DNA of 64,000 nucleotides, taken from the NCBI GenBank assembly GCA_950097015.1, contig CATNEN010000002.1, positions 7,812,001 to 7,876,000 on the forward strand, written 5' to 3'. Origin of the DNA: Macrostomum hystrix. Taxonomy: Eukaryota; Animalia; Platyhelminthes. Every line of letters begins with the position of its first letter. Position 1 is the stretch's first letter. Position numbers and translations under genes: made by a program. This document shows positions 10,648 through 23,500 of the stretch, one piece after another. The notes beneath the pieces are model-generated. The model saw nothing but the letters and a program-made list of their open reading frames with translations, was not told where the DNA came from and did not search any database.

Positions 10648-11664
10648 CAACCAATGCGCCGGGCCACCGCGCTCCGGCCTCCCGCCTTCTTTAACCCGAT
10701 GACCACTCGATTAAAAAACTATGGAATAAAGATCTGTTTTTACTAATTCCTTTGTAGAATTTATAGCCTGCTTGCGGCTGAAAATGTAGGGTGGTAAGGC
10801 TGGAGAAGTAGGTTAGAAGAGTGGAGAAGTAGGATAGTAGAGTGGTGGAGTAGATTAGTAGAGTGGACAAGTAGGTTATGTAAGCTACTTTTTAAGGTGT
10901 ATTTAATACCCGAAATATTTACATTACGGCAGTGTTGTCTTGTTCTCTACTCGCGAGTAGCGTGTTGGCTGATGTGTTGCCTTTTTTATTAAATCGTTCC
11001 AACCCCAAATGGCTTCAGTTGCTTATTAAGTTCTTTAGTTAAACTTTGATTATTAAATATTATAAGGCGGTGAAATGATTGGTGACATAATTAGAGTACA
11101 TCTGCAGTTTCCACAAGTTGGCGCGCCATTGCTAACCAAACTATCAACTGGCATAGTTGAGTTTGCTAACAATCTCTTCGAGTGCTTTAAATGCCGAGAT
11201 CTTTTTGAGATGTTTATGAATGTACCTTGGCCCGCCAGCCAGTGCGTCCACTTGCTTTTAGCTGTCAGTGTTGAGCAGGCAAACAAGAACCCAGTGCAAC
11301 TAGCAAAATAAACTTATTTTATATCGTTTTTCTTGTTCAGATTCAACACGAGGTTAGCCGCGCTTGATGACAATGACATGTGACGAGAAAACTGATGTTC
11401 TCACTTATTTGTCCCTTTTTTACATTCTATTCCATAATATTAAACCCTTTGTAATCATTTTGTATTCTATTAAATTAGCTTTTGCTTCATAGATCACCCA
11501 CTTACCCTTGACAATTTTCGAGAATAATTTTATAATGCCCTTAGATAACTTTCAATATTCGCCAATAATAAATTGTATGGATACCATGTAACAGGTGCTT
11601 ACTCCTGAGACACCCCCAAATTCAATCCCATGGGATTGAGGGAAATGAAATCCAAGTACAACCA

Positions 11665-12225
11665 ATTAAGTCCCAAGGAAAATCCCATAAAATCCCATGG
11701 ACAGTCCCATGAAATCCCATGGACAGTCCCATGAAATCCCATGGACAGTCTCACGAAATCCAAAGGACAGTACCATGAAATCCCAAGGACAGTCCCATGA
11801 AATCCCAAGGACAGTCCCATGAAATCCCAAGGACAGTACCATGAAATCCCAAGGACAGTCCCATGAAATCCCAAGGACAGTACCATGAAATCCCAAGGAC
11901 AGTCCCATGAAATCCCAAGGACAGTACCATGAAATCCCAAGGACAGTCCTATGAAATCCCATGGACATGGCAATGAAATCTAAAGCACAGTCCTATATAA
12001 TCCCAAGGAAAACCCTATAAAATCCCAATTGCACAGTCCCATGAAATCCCAAGGACAGTACCATGAAATCCCAAGGACAGTCCCATGAAATCCCAAGGAC
12101 AGTCCCATGAAATCTGAAGGACAGTCCCATGAAATCCCAAGGACAGTCCCATGAAATCCCAAGGACAGTACCATGAAATCCCAAGGACAGTACCATGAAA
12201 TCCCAAGGACAGTATCATGAAATCC
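11665..12225. repeat. 22-bp minisatellite (ATGAAATCCCAAGGACAGTCCC) upstream of the first located GTPBP6 exon
   Basis: Two blocks of tandem units. Confidence 0.95.
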
Positions 12226-12313
12226 TAAAGATAACCCGGTAAAGTGCAAAGTACAATCTCGTAGGACCAAAAGTACATTCCCATGATCCCAAGTTCCCTA
12301 TCGTGCCCTGCAG

Positions 12314-14992
12314 CTGCTGAATAAGCTCCTGTCAGGCCTGCGCCTTCAGCGGCGGGTCCCGCGGCGCTGGCACAGCGTGCTGATTGTACAGCCACTGCGC
12401 GCCAAGCTTCGCGGCCATCGGGACACCGTGCCGCCCGACCGCCAGCTGGCTGAGGCGCGCGCTTTGGTGGCCTCCATCAACGGCTGGACAGTGTCTGGCT
12501 GCCTGACGGCCAACATCAAGCGGCGCACTCAGCGCGTCTTTACCAAAGGCGTCTTTGCCGACGTCACGCAGCGCATTCGGCGAAGCGACGCCAGCGCAGT
12601 CTTTCTCAACGTCCCCATGATGACTGGCATGCAGGTGGCCTCAGCTCTCCTGTTTTAGTTTTCTTAGAAAAATAGCTTCGTAGATGACGAGGCAATTTTA
12701 GTAGTAATAGTTGCTCCCGGTGTTTACCTTCAAGGCCTACAACCTGTCTGCTGAGTGGCAGCGCCCGGTGCTGGATCGCTACACGGTGGTGCTGCAGGCC
12801 TTCAACGATAGGGCCACGTCGCGCGAGTCCAAGCTGCAGATTCAGCTGGCCGAGATTCCCCTGCGCCTGTCGCGCGCGGCTGTCGTGTCGCCGGAGTCGG
12901 TGGCCGCTGGCCGGGCCGCTTCAGACGTGGCGAATCGTCAGCGGGCGCTGGACGGCATGGAAGACGAGGCTCAGAGACTCCGGGACGCCCTGGCTGACAT
13001 CGAGGCGAGGAAGACCGCGCAGGGGGCGGCTAGACGGAGACAGGTGAGAAATAGTGTGGTTGAATGCAGGAGTAGGTTGGTAGGTTGGAGAAGTAGGTTG
13101 GTAGATTGCAGAAGTAGGTTGGTAGAGCTCAGAAGTAGGTTGGTAGAGCTCAGAAGTAGGTTGGTAGAGCTCAGAAGTAGGTTGGTAGAGCTCAGAAGTA
13201 GGTTGGTAGAGCTCAGAAGTAGGTTGGTAGAGCTCAGAAGTAGGTTGGTAGAGCTCAGAAGTAGGTTGGTAGAGCTCAGAAGTAGGTTGGTAGAGCTCAG
13301 AAGTAGGTTGGTAGAGCTCAGAAGTAGGTTGGTAGAGCTCAGAAGTAGGTTGGTAGATTGCAGAAGTAGGTTGGTAGAGCTCAGAAGTAGGTTGGTAGAG
13401 CTCAGAAGTAGGTTGGTAGAGCTCAGAAGTAGGTTGGTAGAGCTCAGAAGTAGGTTGGTAGAGCTCAGAAGTAGGTTGGTAGAGCTCAGAAGTAGGTTGG
13501 TAGAGCTCAGAAGTAGGTTGGTAGAGCTCAGAAGTAGGTTGGTAGAACTCAGAAGTAGGTTGGTAGAGCTCAGAAGTAGGTTGGTAGAGCTCAGAAGTAG
13601 GTTGGTAGAGCTCAGAAGTAGGTTGGTAGAGCTCAGAAGTAGGTTGGTAGAACTCAGAAGTAGGTTGGTAGAGCTCAGAAGTAGGTTGGTAGAGCTCAGA
13701 AGTAGGTTGGTAGAGCTCAGAAGTAGGTTGGTAGATTGCAGAAGTAGGTTGGTAGAGCTCAGAAGTAGGTTGGTAGAGCTCAGAAGTAGGTTGGTAGAGC
13801 TCAGAAGTAGGTTGGTAGAGCTCAGAAGTAGGTTGGTAGAGCTCAGAAGTAGGTTGGTAGAGCTCAGAAGTAGGTTGGTAGAGCTCAGATGTAGTTTGCT
13901 TGACTGGGGGTCCCATTGCTCCGAATTGACCCCGCCAGGTGCCCACCGTGGCAGTTGTGGGCTACACCAACGCTGGCAAGACCTCCTTGGTGTCCCTGCT
14001 GGCTCGCAAGTTGTCCCTGCTGCCGGAGGACCGGCTGTTCGCCACCCTGCACAGCAGCCACCACCGCTGCCGCCTGCCCTGCGGCCTCCCCTGCCTGCTA
14101 GTGGACACCATCGGCTTCCTGTCCGACCTGCCCACCGCCCTCGTGGCGCCCTTCCGCTGCACCCTGCGCGACTCGCTGGACGCGGACCAGCTGCTGCACG
14201 TTGTGGACTGCAGCGACCCGGACTGGCCGGAGAGAAGCCGGACAGTGTCCGACACGCTCGACCGATTAGGACTGTCCGACAGTCTGCGCGCTGGCATGCT
14301 GACAGTGTACAACAAGTGCGACCTGCTGCAATACTCAGTGAGCACTAGCCTGAGCGACGACTCACCTGCTCGTCCCAATAGTCAGACCCTTAGTCAGAAT
14401 CCTTAACCTTTTCCCAAATCCCACTCACCAATATCAACCACCCACTTACTACTATCAGATCCCCACTTACTACTATCAGATCCCCACTTACTACTATCAG
14501 ATCCCCACTTACACTTACAATCAGATCCCTAACATCAGTTCCCCACCCTAACATCAAATCCCCCACCCCAATATCAGATCCCCACCCTAATATCAGATCC
14601 CCACCCCAATATCAGATCCCCACCCCAATATCAGATCCTCACACTCATCAATAAACCCGCAGTCCGAGTCGCCGCAGCCGCCAGCTGGCGGGTTGCAGAT
14701 CTCCTGCCAGACGGGGCAGAACCTGGACGCCCTGCAGCTGCGGCTGCAAGCCCAGCTCGTCAGCTGCCTGGGCTACCAGCGCCTTCGGCTCCGCTGCTCG
14801 CCGGCCTCCAGACTGTACGCCTGGCTGGAGCAGCAGGGCGTGGTAATCGAATCAGCCCAGCCAACCAGCCACGGCGATGGCGAGCAATTGGCTCTGCGGC
14901 TGCTGATGTCGCCGCAGCAGCTGGCCAAGTTCAGGGCCAGGTTCCGGCCCGCCGGTCAGCCAGAGCAGAGGGCGGTTGACTTTGAGCAGTGA
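12314..14992 (+). CDS. GTPBP6: HflX-family GTPase GTPBP6 (exons 12314-12634, 12735-13043, 13939-14337, 14663-14992; Met-containing 5' exon not located)
   Basis: N-domain QLAEARALV..GW, VFLNV, VLDRYTVVLQAF..A.S.ESKLQIQLAEIP. G1 GYTNAGKT, G2 LFATL, G3 DTIGF, G4 NKCD, G5 ISCQTG. All junctions phase 0 GT-AG; AATAAA at 15221. Confidence 0.92.
13070..13890. repeat. 21-bp minisatellite (AGTAGGTTGGTAGAGCTCAGA), GTPBP6 intron
   Basis: About 39 near-perfect units. Confidence 0.97.
14440..14640. repeat. Degenerate ~20-23-bp minisatellite (ATCAGATCCCCAC...), GTPBP6 last intron
   Basis: Repeated ATCAGATCCCCAC core. Confidence 0.85.
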
Positions 14993-15549
14993 CTGAGTTA
15001 GCGGAGTGCTCATCGCTCTGGCATGCATTTATGAGCCGCATTGGATGGCCCTGCTAGCGATTTTGTTACCTGCATACAACTTATCAAGACAGTCTGCTTG
15101 AATTGTCACCGACTGGGTTTTCTAAAGCGGCCTTTGAACTGGAGCGTACAGTTGTGTTTTCACTTATAGAAGCATTTCATTTATGAGGCACACTGCATGA
15201 ATGCGATTGGGCCATAGACAAATAAACAGTATATTTTTGTCTCCATAAAGAAATATAAATATACCCACCAACAATTTGCACTTTAGCGTTTTTGCACTTT
15301 AAAACTATTCTTATCATGGAGACTTGGCAACAAGAAGTTTGTACAATGTTTCATGCATCCGCTCATTAGCCGTGTCGCTAATAACATTCATTCATTCGTG
15401 TTTAAGCTCAGGAAGCTTGTAGACCAGAATCTCAACCCAGGAAGCACTGCGCAAGGTGTGCCATTAGATGGGCCAGGTAGCAATCTACATGTAACTATTC
15501 CATCGAATTCTACTAAGTATGTTCTCTTACTTGTTCAGTTATCCAAGCT

Positions 15550-15975
15550 TAAACCGAAGCAAGAACCGAAGCAGAAATCAAGCTTAAACCGAAGCAGGAA
15601 TCAAAGCAAGAACCGAAGCAGGAACCAAAGCAAGAATCGAAGCAGGAATCAAAGCAAGAATCGAAGCAGGAATCAAAGCAAGAATCGAAGCAGGAATCAA
15701 AGCAAGAATCGAAGCAGGAATCAAAGCAAGAATCGAAGCAGGAATCAAAGCAAGAATCGAAGCAGGAATCAAAGCAAGAATCGAAGCAGGAATCAAAGCA
15801 AGAATCGAAGCAGGAACCAAAGCAAGAATCGAAGCAGGAACCAAAGCAAGAATCGAAGCAGGAACCAAAGCAAGAATCGAAGCAGGAATCAAAGCAAGAA
15901 TCGAAGCAGGAATCAAAGCAAGAATCGAAGCAGGAATCAAAGCAAGAATCGAAGCAGGAACCAAAGCAAGAATCC
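15550..15975. repeat. 24-bp minisatellite (AAGCAAGAATCGAAGCAGGAATCA), intergenic
   Basis: About 17 units, each built from two 12-bp subunits. Confidence 0.95.
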
Positions 15976-16233
15976 AAGATTCGAGGTAGGAATCGAAACA
16001 GGAACCAAAGCAGGAATCGAATCAGAGTATAATAAAGTACAAGAATCAGGTTACAGTGAAAAGAATCGGTTTTCAGTTTTCAGAAATCCCTTTACAGAAC
16101 AAAAACTAGATTAGAATCGCTTTAAAGTCGATATATTTTGACATTTTGACAATGAGTTTAAATCTCATTGATAACAAGCAAATGGAAGACTAGAGTGACG
16201 TCAGTCTGCTAACAGGCGAAGGCTTGGTCAGTT

Positions 16234-18715
16234 TCAGCACAGCTCCCCGCGGCGCAGGGACCCAATTAGCTGATCGCGGCCCCTCAGCAGCCGGTCGGTT
16301 ACCAGCGCCACAGAGCGATGCGGCTGCAGCTGACGGAGTCGATCACGGAGGAGGCGGTGCTCGGCCCAGGTGGCCCCGCCGAGCAGGCAGATGAGCACCA
16401 GCTCAGCCTCGGCCAGCTTGGGCTTAGCCGACACGCCCAGGTAGCCGAACAGGCCGGCCATGCCGGTGGACTTGTGCTCGAAACGAAGCGCCGAGACGGC
16501 CGGAGATGCGCCCGACGGTGCGATCTCGGCGGCCAGCTGGGCCACCAGCGGCGAGTAGGTGGGCACCACGGAGCAGTCGGCCAGGCGGAGCCGCGGCTGG
16601 TCCGCCCGCAGGCGTTGCAGGCCGGCCAGAATCGCAGCTTCGTCATCGTCATCATCAGCTTTATCGTTGACGTCGCCGTCAGCCGGTGGAAGCAGGCTAG
16701 AGCCGATGATCTTCAAGGCCAGGAGGAAATCGGGTGACAGGCCGGCTGAGCGAGCTTCGACAGCGGCAGCCGACCGGACGGCGGATGCTTCGTCAGGCGA
16801 ACTGCCGGCCACGCCAAGCAGCGACTTCTCGATGCGCACTGCCGCCTGCTGCAGCTGCTGATGCTGTGGTTGCCGACGCTCAGCTGCGGTGGCGACCATC
16901 GATTGCGCAACGGCAGCAGCCAGTTGGACTGTGACTGCGTGCCCACCCGCGAAGCCCAGCTGCGGACGCTCCGATGCCAGACGGTCCAGAAGGCGACCGA
17001 GGCTGCCGGCGGGCGCGTCCCCCGCGGAAGAAGCCGCCGACACCAGCAGGCCGGGATCGAAGGCCACCCGCTCGGCGGTCATGGCGTCGGCCAGGGCGCG
17101 CTGCACTGCAGCGGCTGCCGACTTGGCCGAAGCTGAGGCTTTGGTATCTGCGCCAGCCAGCCGACGGCCCAGCGGGCTGTCCAGGCAGCCGGAGAGGCAG
17201 CCAACAGGCAGGTAAGTCGCGCAGCAGGACCTGCCAGGGTGAGTCGATATGTTTTGAATTCGATCATCGACTATGTAACAGCACCCGACAATGGACTGAG
17301 ATAGCACAGATAAATTCTCATGAAGTTCCTGACCTGCTGAAGGCTGAAAGGTCGAGCCGCACATCGTTGACGAGCAGCGGCTGCCCGGTCCTGTACAGCG
17401 TGTCCAGCCAGGCCGCATCGGCAGCCAGGAAGCTGAGCGGCCCCACCAGGTCCAGCGCACGGTCAGCCAGCACCAGCGTGGCCCGCCTGTGATTGGCCAG
17501 TCGGCGCCGCTCCTTGGCCGGCCCGTAGGCAGCCAGGGCGTCGCCGAGGCGGCTGGCGGCGGGGCCCAGGCAGAGGAGGTCCTCTTTCAGGGACAGCTCG
17601 CACAGCAGGCTGTGCAGCCGGCCCGCCAGCTGCCGCAGCGACTCCCCGTCATCATCGCTGAAGTCTTGGTCAGTGGTGACGTCATTACCGCCTGCTAGGA
17701 CTACAAACTCGGGTAGGGGCGCCTGTTGCTGGCGCTGCTCATCCGGAGCTCGGATCAGAGTCACGTGACCCAATGGCACGAAGCGAACCTGCGAAATATG
17801 CCATATGGAATTAGTGTAAAATGATCAAAATTAAATAGCGAATCAAACAAGCCTGCGAACCCTTCACTGCTTCATATTGACTCGCAACTCTACTGTGTCT
17901 ACCTCTCACCGCTCCACCGTGCCTACCCCTCACCACTACTCTACCGTGCCTACCTCTCACCATTCTACCGTGCCTGCCCCTCACCACTACTTAACCGTGT
18001 CTACCTCTCACCATTCTACCGTGCCTGCCCCTCACCACTACTTAACCGTGTCTACCTCTCACCATTTTACCGTGCCTACCACTCACCACTACTCTACCGT
18101 GTCTACCCCTCACCATTGTACCGTGCCTACCACTCACCACTACTCTACCGTGTCTACCTCTCACCATTTTACCGTGCCTATCCCTCACCACTACTCTACC
18201 GTATTTACCTCTGACCACAATTCATTGTCTTCCTCTCACCGCTCTACCGTGTCTAACCCTCAATACTCTACCCTGTCTACCTCTCATAACTCTAAACACA
18301 GTCGCCGCACCTGAGCGGTGGTCCCGGGCCCCAGCCAGCCTGCCAGGTGTTCTTCAACATCGGCCAGGACTGCAGTCTCCGGGCAGGCGCCAGTGAGCAC
18401 AATGACGTAGGTCAGCCCGCTGTCAGACAACAGTTCAGCCAGCGTCGCCTTGGCTGCTGGACTGTCCGGCCGGCCGGCCAGCAAGAAGACGGCTTTTCGA
18501 ATGGCCGGCCCGGTGGCCGAGTTCTGCAGCCGCTCGCTTGGACGAAAATCGCGCACCGCCAGCGCGCCGTGCTCGATGAGGCGCGGCAACAGGCGACGCC
18601 AGTTGATCCAGTCGGCGGCGCCGGAGTCTGCGTAGACAACAGCTGATCGGACGCTCGTCATGACGGCCTCCTCTGATTGGCTGGCGGGGCAGCCGCCTCC
18701 AGTTAAGCCGCTCAT
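16234..18715 (-). CDS. SCFD2: Sec1 family domain-containing protein 2 (exons 18715-18311, 17788-17334, 17230-16234)
   Basis: VRSAVVYADSGAADWINW, KAVFLL, EEHLAGWLG...AQVRFVPL, LAAYGPAKERRR..RATLVLADRALDL and C-terminal LICLLGGATWAE..TDRLL match SCFD2 motifs. Splice phases 0 and 2 are consistent. Confidence 0.88.
17885..18295. repeat. 24/27-bp alternating minisatellite (CTCTACCGTGCCTACC..CTCACCA), SCFD2 intron 1
   Basis: Degenerate tandem units. Confidence 0.9.
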
Positions 18716-19311
18716 TTGAATGCGTAAATTTAATGCGTAACCTTCGATGATTGGTTGGCGCTGTTTTTACCAATAGAATATTCTTGTTTTATTGTCAATT
18801 TTCCAATGGCACTACTGCTGAAAAGTTGAGTAGTTAATAACGTCAATCTAATATTGTAGATATAAAAATAAAAGTACCCAGAAAACGAAAAACAAATTTT
18901 CGTTTTAGTAAGCCCAAAGCAAAAAATGGAAGCCTACTTTTGTTAAAAACACATTTTATTTTAAACTTACAGCAAACATGATGGATTACAACATAAATAG
19001 TACGAATGGATGGACACGAGCGTAATAATAGATAACTTAATGAAAATAGACGCACACGCAGCTTATTGCTAGGCATAGCGAACTGAGATTATAATGGTTT
19101 AACATTTTTTATTAACAAATTATTAATATCATTGTAAAACATACGTCATTTTGAACAGTTGCTAATGCTGAAGAACCTCCCCAGTTAAAACAAAATATAG
19201 CACTAGATTTTAACACTGTAAATACTAATTTATGAAAGGTGCTACCATACGGCCTACATTTGATCTCCCATTGCCTACTTCACTGGCCTTATTTAGGTTT
19301 AACCTCTTCCT

Positions 19312-20233
19312 AGAGCTGACCCCCTTCCTAATGACCCCAGCTGACCCCCTTCCTAATGACCCCAGCTGACCCCCTCCCTAATGACCCCAGCTGACTTCTC
19401 CCTAATGACCCCAGCTGACCCTCTCCCTAATGACCCCAGCTGACTTCTCCCTAATGACCCCAGCTGACTTCTCCCTAATGACCAAAGCTGACCCTCTCCC
19501 TAATAACCCCAGCTGACCCTCTCCCTAATGACCAAAGCTGACCCTCTCCCTAATGACCCCAGCTGACTTCTCCCTAATGACCCCAGCTGACTTCTCCCTA
19601 ATGACCCCAGCTGACTTCTCCCTAATGACCCCAGCTGACCCTCTCCCTAATGACCCCAGCTGACCCTCTCCCTAATGACCAAAGCTGACCCTCTCCCTAA
19701 TAACCCCAGCTGACCCTCTCCCTAATGACCAAAGCTGACCCTCTCCCTAATGACCCCAGCTGACTTCTCCCTAATGACCCCAGCTGACTTCTCCCTAATG
19801 ACCCCAGCTGACTTCTCCCTAATGACCCCAGCTGACCCTCTCCCTAATGACCCCAGCTGACTTCTCCCTAATGACCCCAGCTGACCCTCTCCCTAATGAC
19901 CCCAGCTGACTTCTCCCTAATGACCCCAGCTGACTTCTCCCTAATGACCCCAGCTGACCCTCTCCCAAATGACCAAAGCTGACCCTCTCCCTAATGACCA
20001 AAGCTGACCCTCTCCCTAATGATCCCAGCTGACCCTCTCCCTAATGACCAAAGCTGACCCTCTCCCTAATGACCAAAGCCGACCCTCTCCCTAATAACCC
20101 CAGCTGACCCTCTCCCTAATGACCCCAGCTGACTTCTCCCTAATGACCAAAGCTGACCCTCTCCCTAATGACCCCAGCTGACCCTCTCCCTAATGACCCC
20201 AGCTGACTTCTCCCTAATGACCCCAGCTGACCC
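19312..20233. repeat. 24-bp minisatellite (CCCTAATGACCCCAGCTGACTTCT) between HINFP and SCFD2
   Basis: About 38 units. Confidence 0.97.
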
Positions 20234-20277
20234 AACCACAAATCCCAACCGGACCAGTCGACCCCAGGCCGCAGGAG

Positions 20278-20515
20278 TCACAGTACTCCAATATCCAGTG
20301 ACAGACAGTCGTCCTGAGCTGCGCAATCTCCAGTTTTCAGCGTCATGCCCGGCTCCACCAGCAGGTGCGGCAAGAAGTCCTCCGACTGCTCAGCCGGGCA
20401 GTCTAGCCGGTGGCTGGAGATGAAGCCATCATCTGGCGGCCCGAGGATCAACGGCAGCTGCATGTGCAGGGCGGACATATCCTTACAGAGCCAGGGATTC
20501 CGCTGCTGCTGTTGT

Positions 20516-20546
<31 letters not shown>

Positions 20547-23500
20547 CTTGCTGTCGCTGCAAGCTGAGCTGATGCTCCACAAGCTCATTGCCCAGCATCT
20601 CCTTGGTAACCTCGATGCTCTCCAGCCGGGTCTGAACCAGCCGGCACACGCCGTCAGGCCCGGGTTCGAATCTGAACTTGGAGAAGCCGAGCGGGCGGCA
20701 CAGGCGGTGCAGTCGAATGAGGTGCCGGGACAGGCAGCGAGAGTCCTTGGTGACGAGCTGGCACAGGTGGCAGGCGTACACGCGCTCAGGTGGCTGGGAC
20801 AGCTGGTTGAAGCCGTGCGCCTTGGACAGGTGGCGGAACAGAAAGTGTGGCGTGACGAAGTGCTGGTCGCAGATGTCGCACCGCAGAGACTGGTCATGGC
20901 GATGGCGGTGCACCTGAGCAGGGGATTTAGGAAACCATGGGACTCAATTAGAGCCAGGACCCAGGCCCCAAACTGTGCTTAGATTCATCCCAGATTCATC
21001 CCAAGATCCCAATCCCAAACTGTGCTTAGATTCATCCCTAGATCCTAATCTTAAACTGTGCTCAGATTCATCCCAAGATCCCAAGATCACAATCCCAAAC
21101 TGTGCTTAGATTCATCCCAAGATCCCAATCCCAAACTGTGCTCAGATTCATCCCAAGACCACAATCCCAAACTGTGCTTAGATTCATCCCAAGATCCCAA
21201 TCCCAAACTGTGCTCAGATTCATCCCAAGACCACAATCCCAAACTGTGCTCAGATTCATCCCAAGATCCCAATCCCAAACTGTGCTCAGATTCATCCCAA
21301 GACCACAATCCCAAACTGTGCTTAGATTCATCCCAAGATCCCAATCCCAAACTGTGCTTAGATTCATCCCTAGATCCTAATCTTAAACTGTGCTCAGATT
21401 CATCCCAAGATCCCAAGATCACAATCCCAAACTGTGCTTAGATTCATCCCAAGATCCCAATCCCAAACTGTGCTCAGATTCATCCCAAGACCACAATCCC
21501 AAACTGTGCTTAGATTCATCCCAAGATCCCAATCCCAAACTGTGCTCAGATTCATCCCAAGACCACAATCCCAAACTGTGCTCAGATTCATCCCAAGATC
21601 CCAATCCCAAACTGTGCTCAGATTCATCCCAAGACCACAATCCCAAACTGTGCTTAGATTCATCCCAAGATCCCAATCCCAAACTGTGCTCAGATTCATC
21701 CCAAGACCACAATCCCAAACTGTGCTCAGATTCATCCCAAGATCCCAATCCCAAACTGTGCTCAGATTCATCCCAAGACCACAATCCCAAACTGTGCTCA
21801 GATTCATCCCAAGATCCCAATCCCAAACTGTGCTCAGATTCATCCCAAGATCCCAATCCCAAACTGTGCTCAGATTCATCCCAAAAAACCTTGAGCTGGT
21901 CCATAGTCTTGCAGCTGTGGCCGCAGCCGGGCTCGGTGCAGGCAAACGGCCGCTCCTCGCTGTGCCGCATCTGCAGGTGTCGGCGCAGGGCGCTGGGCGT
22001 GGGCAGAGTGAACTCGCAGTGCGGACACTTCTGTGTGTTCACGTGGCGCCGCATGTGATCGCTGAGGATGCGCTGGGAGCTGAACAGCCGTTGGCACTGG
22101 TCACACCTGCGCGGGAACAGGGGTGGTGGATTTGATTAATTGGGGATTTCTGCTTCATAGAATTAAAGGAGGTTAGAGCCCTAGAGGTAAGAGCTACGGA
22201 GTTCGAATTGAGAGGTCGAAAGTTCGAATCCTAACCAAGCCTAGGTTGCAATAAGAGAATTAATGTTAGGATGATTCTAACTTCTAATTCTCATTTCTCG
22301 TAATTCTAGAACCGGATAATTCTAAAATCTGGAAGGGATAATTCTAGAATCGGAAAGGGATAATTTGAGAATCTGGATGGGATGATTATAGAATCTAGAT
22401 GGGATAACTCTAGAATCTAGATGGGATAATTCTAGAATCTAGAATCTAGATGGGATAATTCTAGAATTTGGATGGGATAATTCTAGAATCTGGATGGGAT
22501 AATTCTAGAATCTGGATGGGATAATTCTAGAATTTGGATGGGATAATTCTAGAATCTGGATGGGATAATTCTAGAATCTAGATGGGATAATTCTAGAATC
22601 TAGAATCTAGATGGGATAATTCTAGAATCTAGAATCTAGATGGGATAATTCTAGAATTTGGATGGGATAATTCTAGAATCTGGATGGGATAATTCTAGAA
22701 TTTGGATGGGATAATTCTAGAATCTGGATGGGATAATTCTAGAATCTGGATGGGATAATTCTAGAATCTGGATGGGATAATTCTAGAATCTGGATGGGTA
22801 ATTCTAGAATCTGGATGGGATAATTCTAGAATCTGGATGGGTAATTCTAGAATCTGGATGGGTAATTCTAGAATCTGGATGGGATAATTCTAGAATCTGG
22901 ATGGGTAATTCTAGAATCTGGATGGGGTAATTCTAGAATCTGGATGGGATAATTCTAGAATCTGGATGGGGTAATTCTAGAATCTGGATGGGATAATTCT
23001 AGAATCTGGATGGGATAATTCTAGAATCTGGATGGGTAATTCTAGAATCTGGATGGGGTAATTCTAGAATCTGGATGGGATAATTCTAGAATCTGGATGG
23101 GATAATTCTAGAATCTGGATGGGTAATTCTATAATCTGGATGGGATAATTCTAGAATCTGGATGGGATAATTCTAGAATCTGGATAGGTAATTCTAGAAT
23201 CTGGATGGGATAATTCTAGAATCTGGATGGGGTAATTCTAGAATCTGGATGGGTAATTCTAGAATCTGGATGGGATAATTCTAGAATCTGGATGGGTAAT
23301 TCTAGAATCTGGATGGGGTAATTCTAGAATCTGGATGGGGTAATTCTAGAATCTGGATGGGTAATTCTAGAATCTGGATGGGATAATTCTAGAATCTGGA
23401 TGGGTAATTCTAGAATCTGGATGGGGTAATTCTAGAATCTGGATGGGATAATTCTAGAATCTGGATGGGGTAATTCTAGAATCTGGATGGGTAATTCTAG

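Noticed and set aside
11365-11395. TGATGA...CTGA box C/D-like pair
   Set aside because: Only ~30 nt apart with no terminal stem; too short for a snoRNA.
22178-22245. tRNA-like stretch (GGTAAGAGC...GAGGTC..AGTTCGAATCC)
   Set aside because: It cannot be folded into a cloverleaf with proper acceptor and T stems. At most a decayed SINE head.
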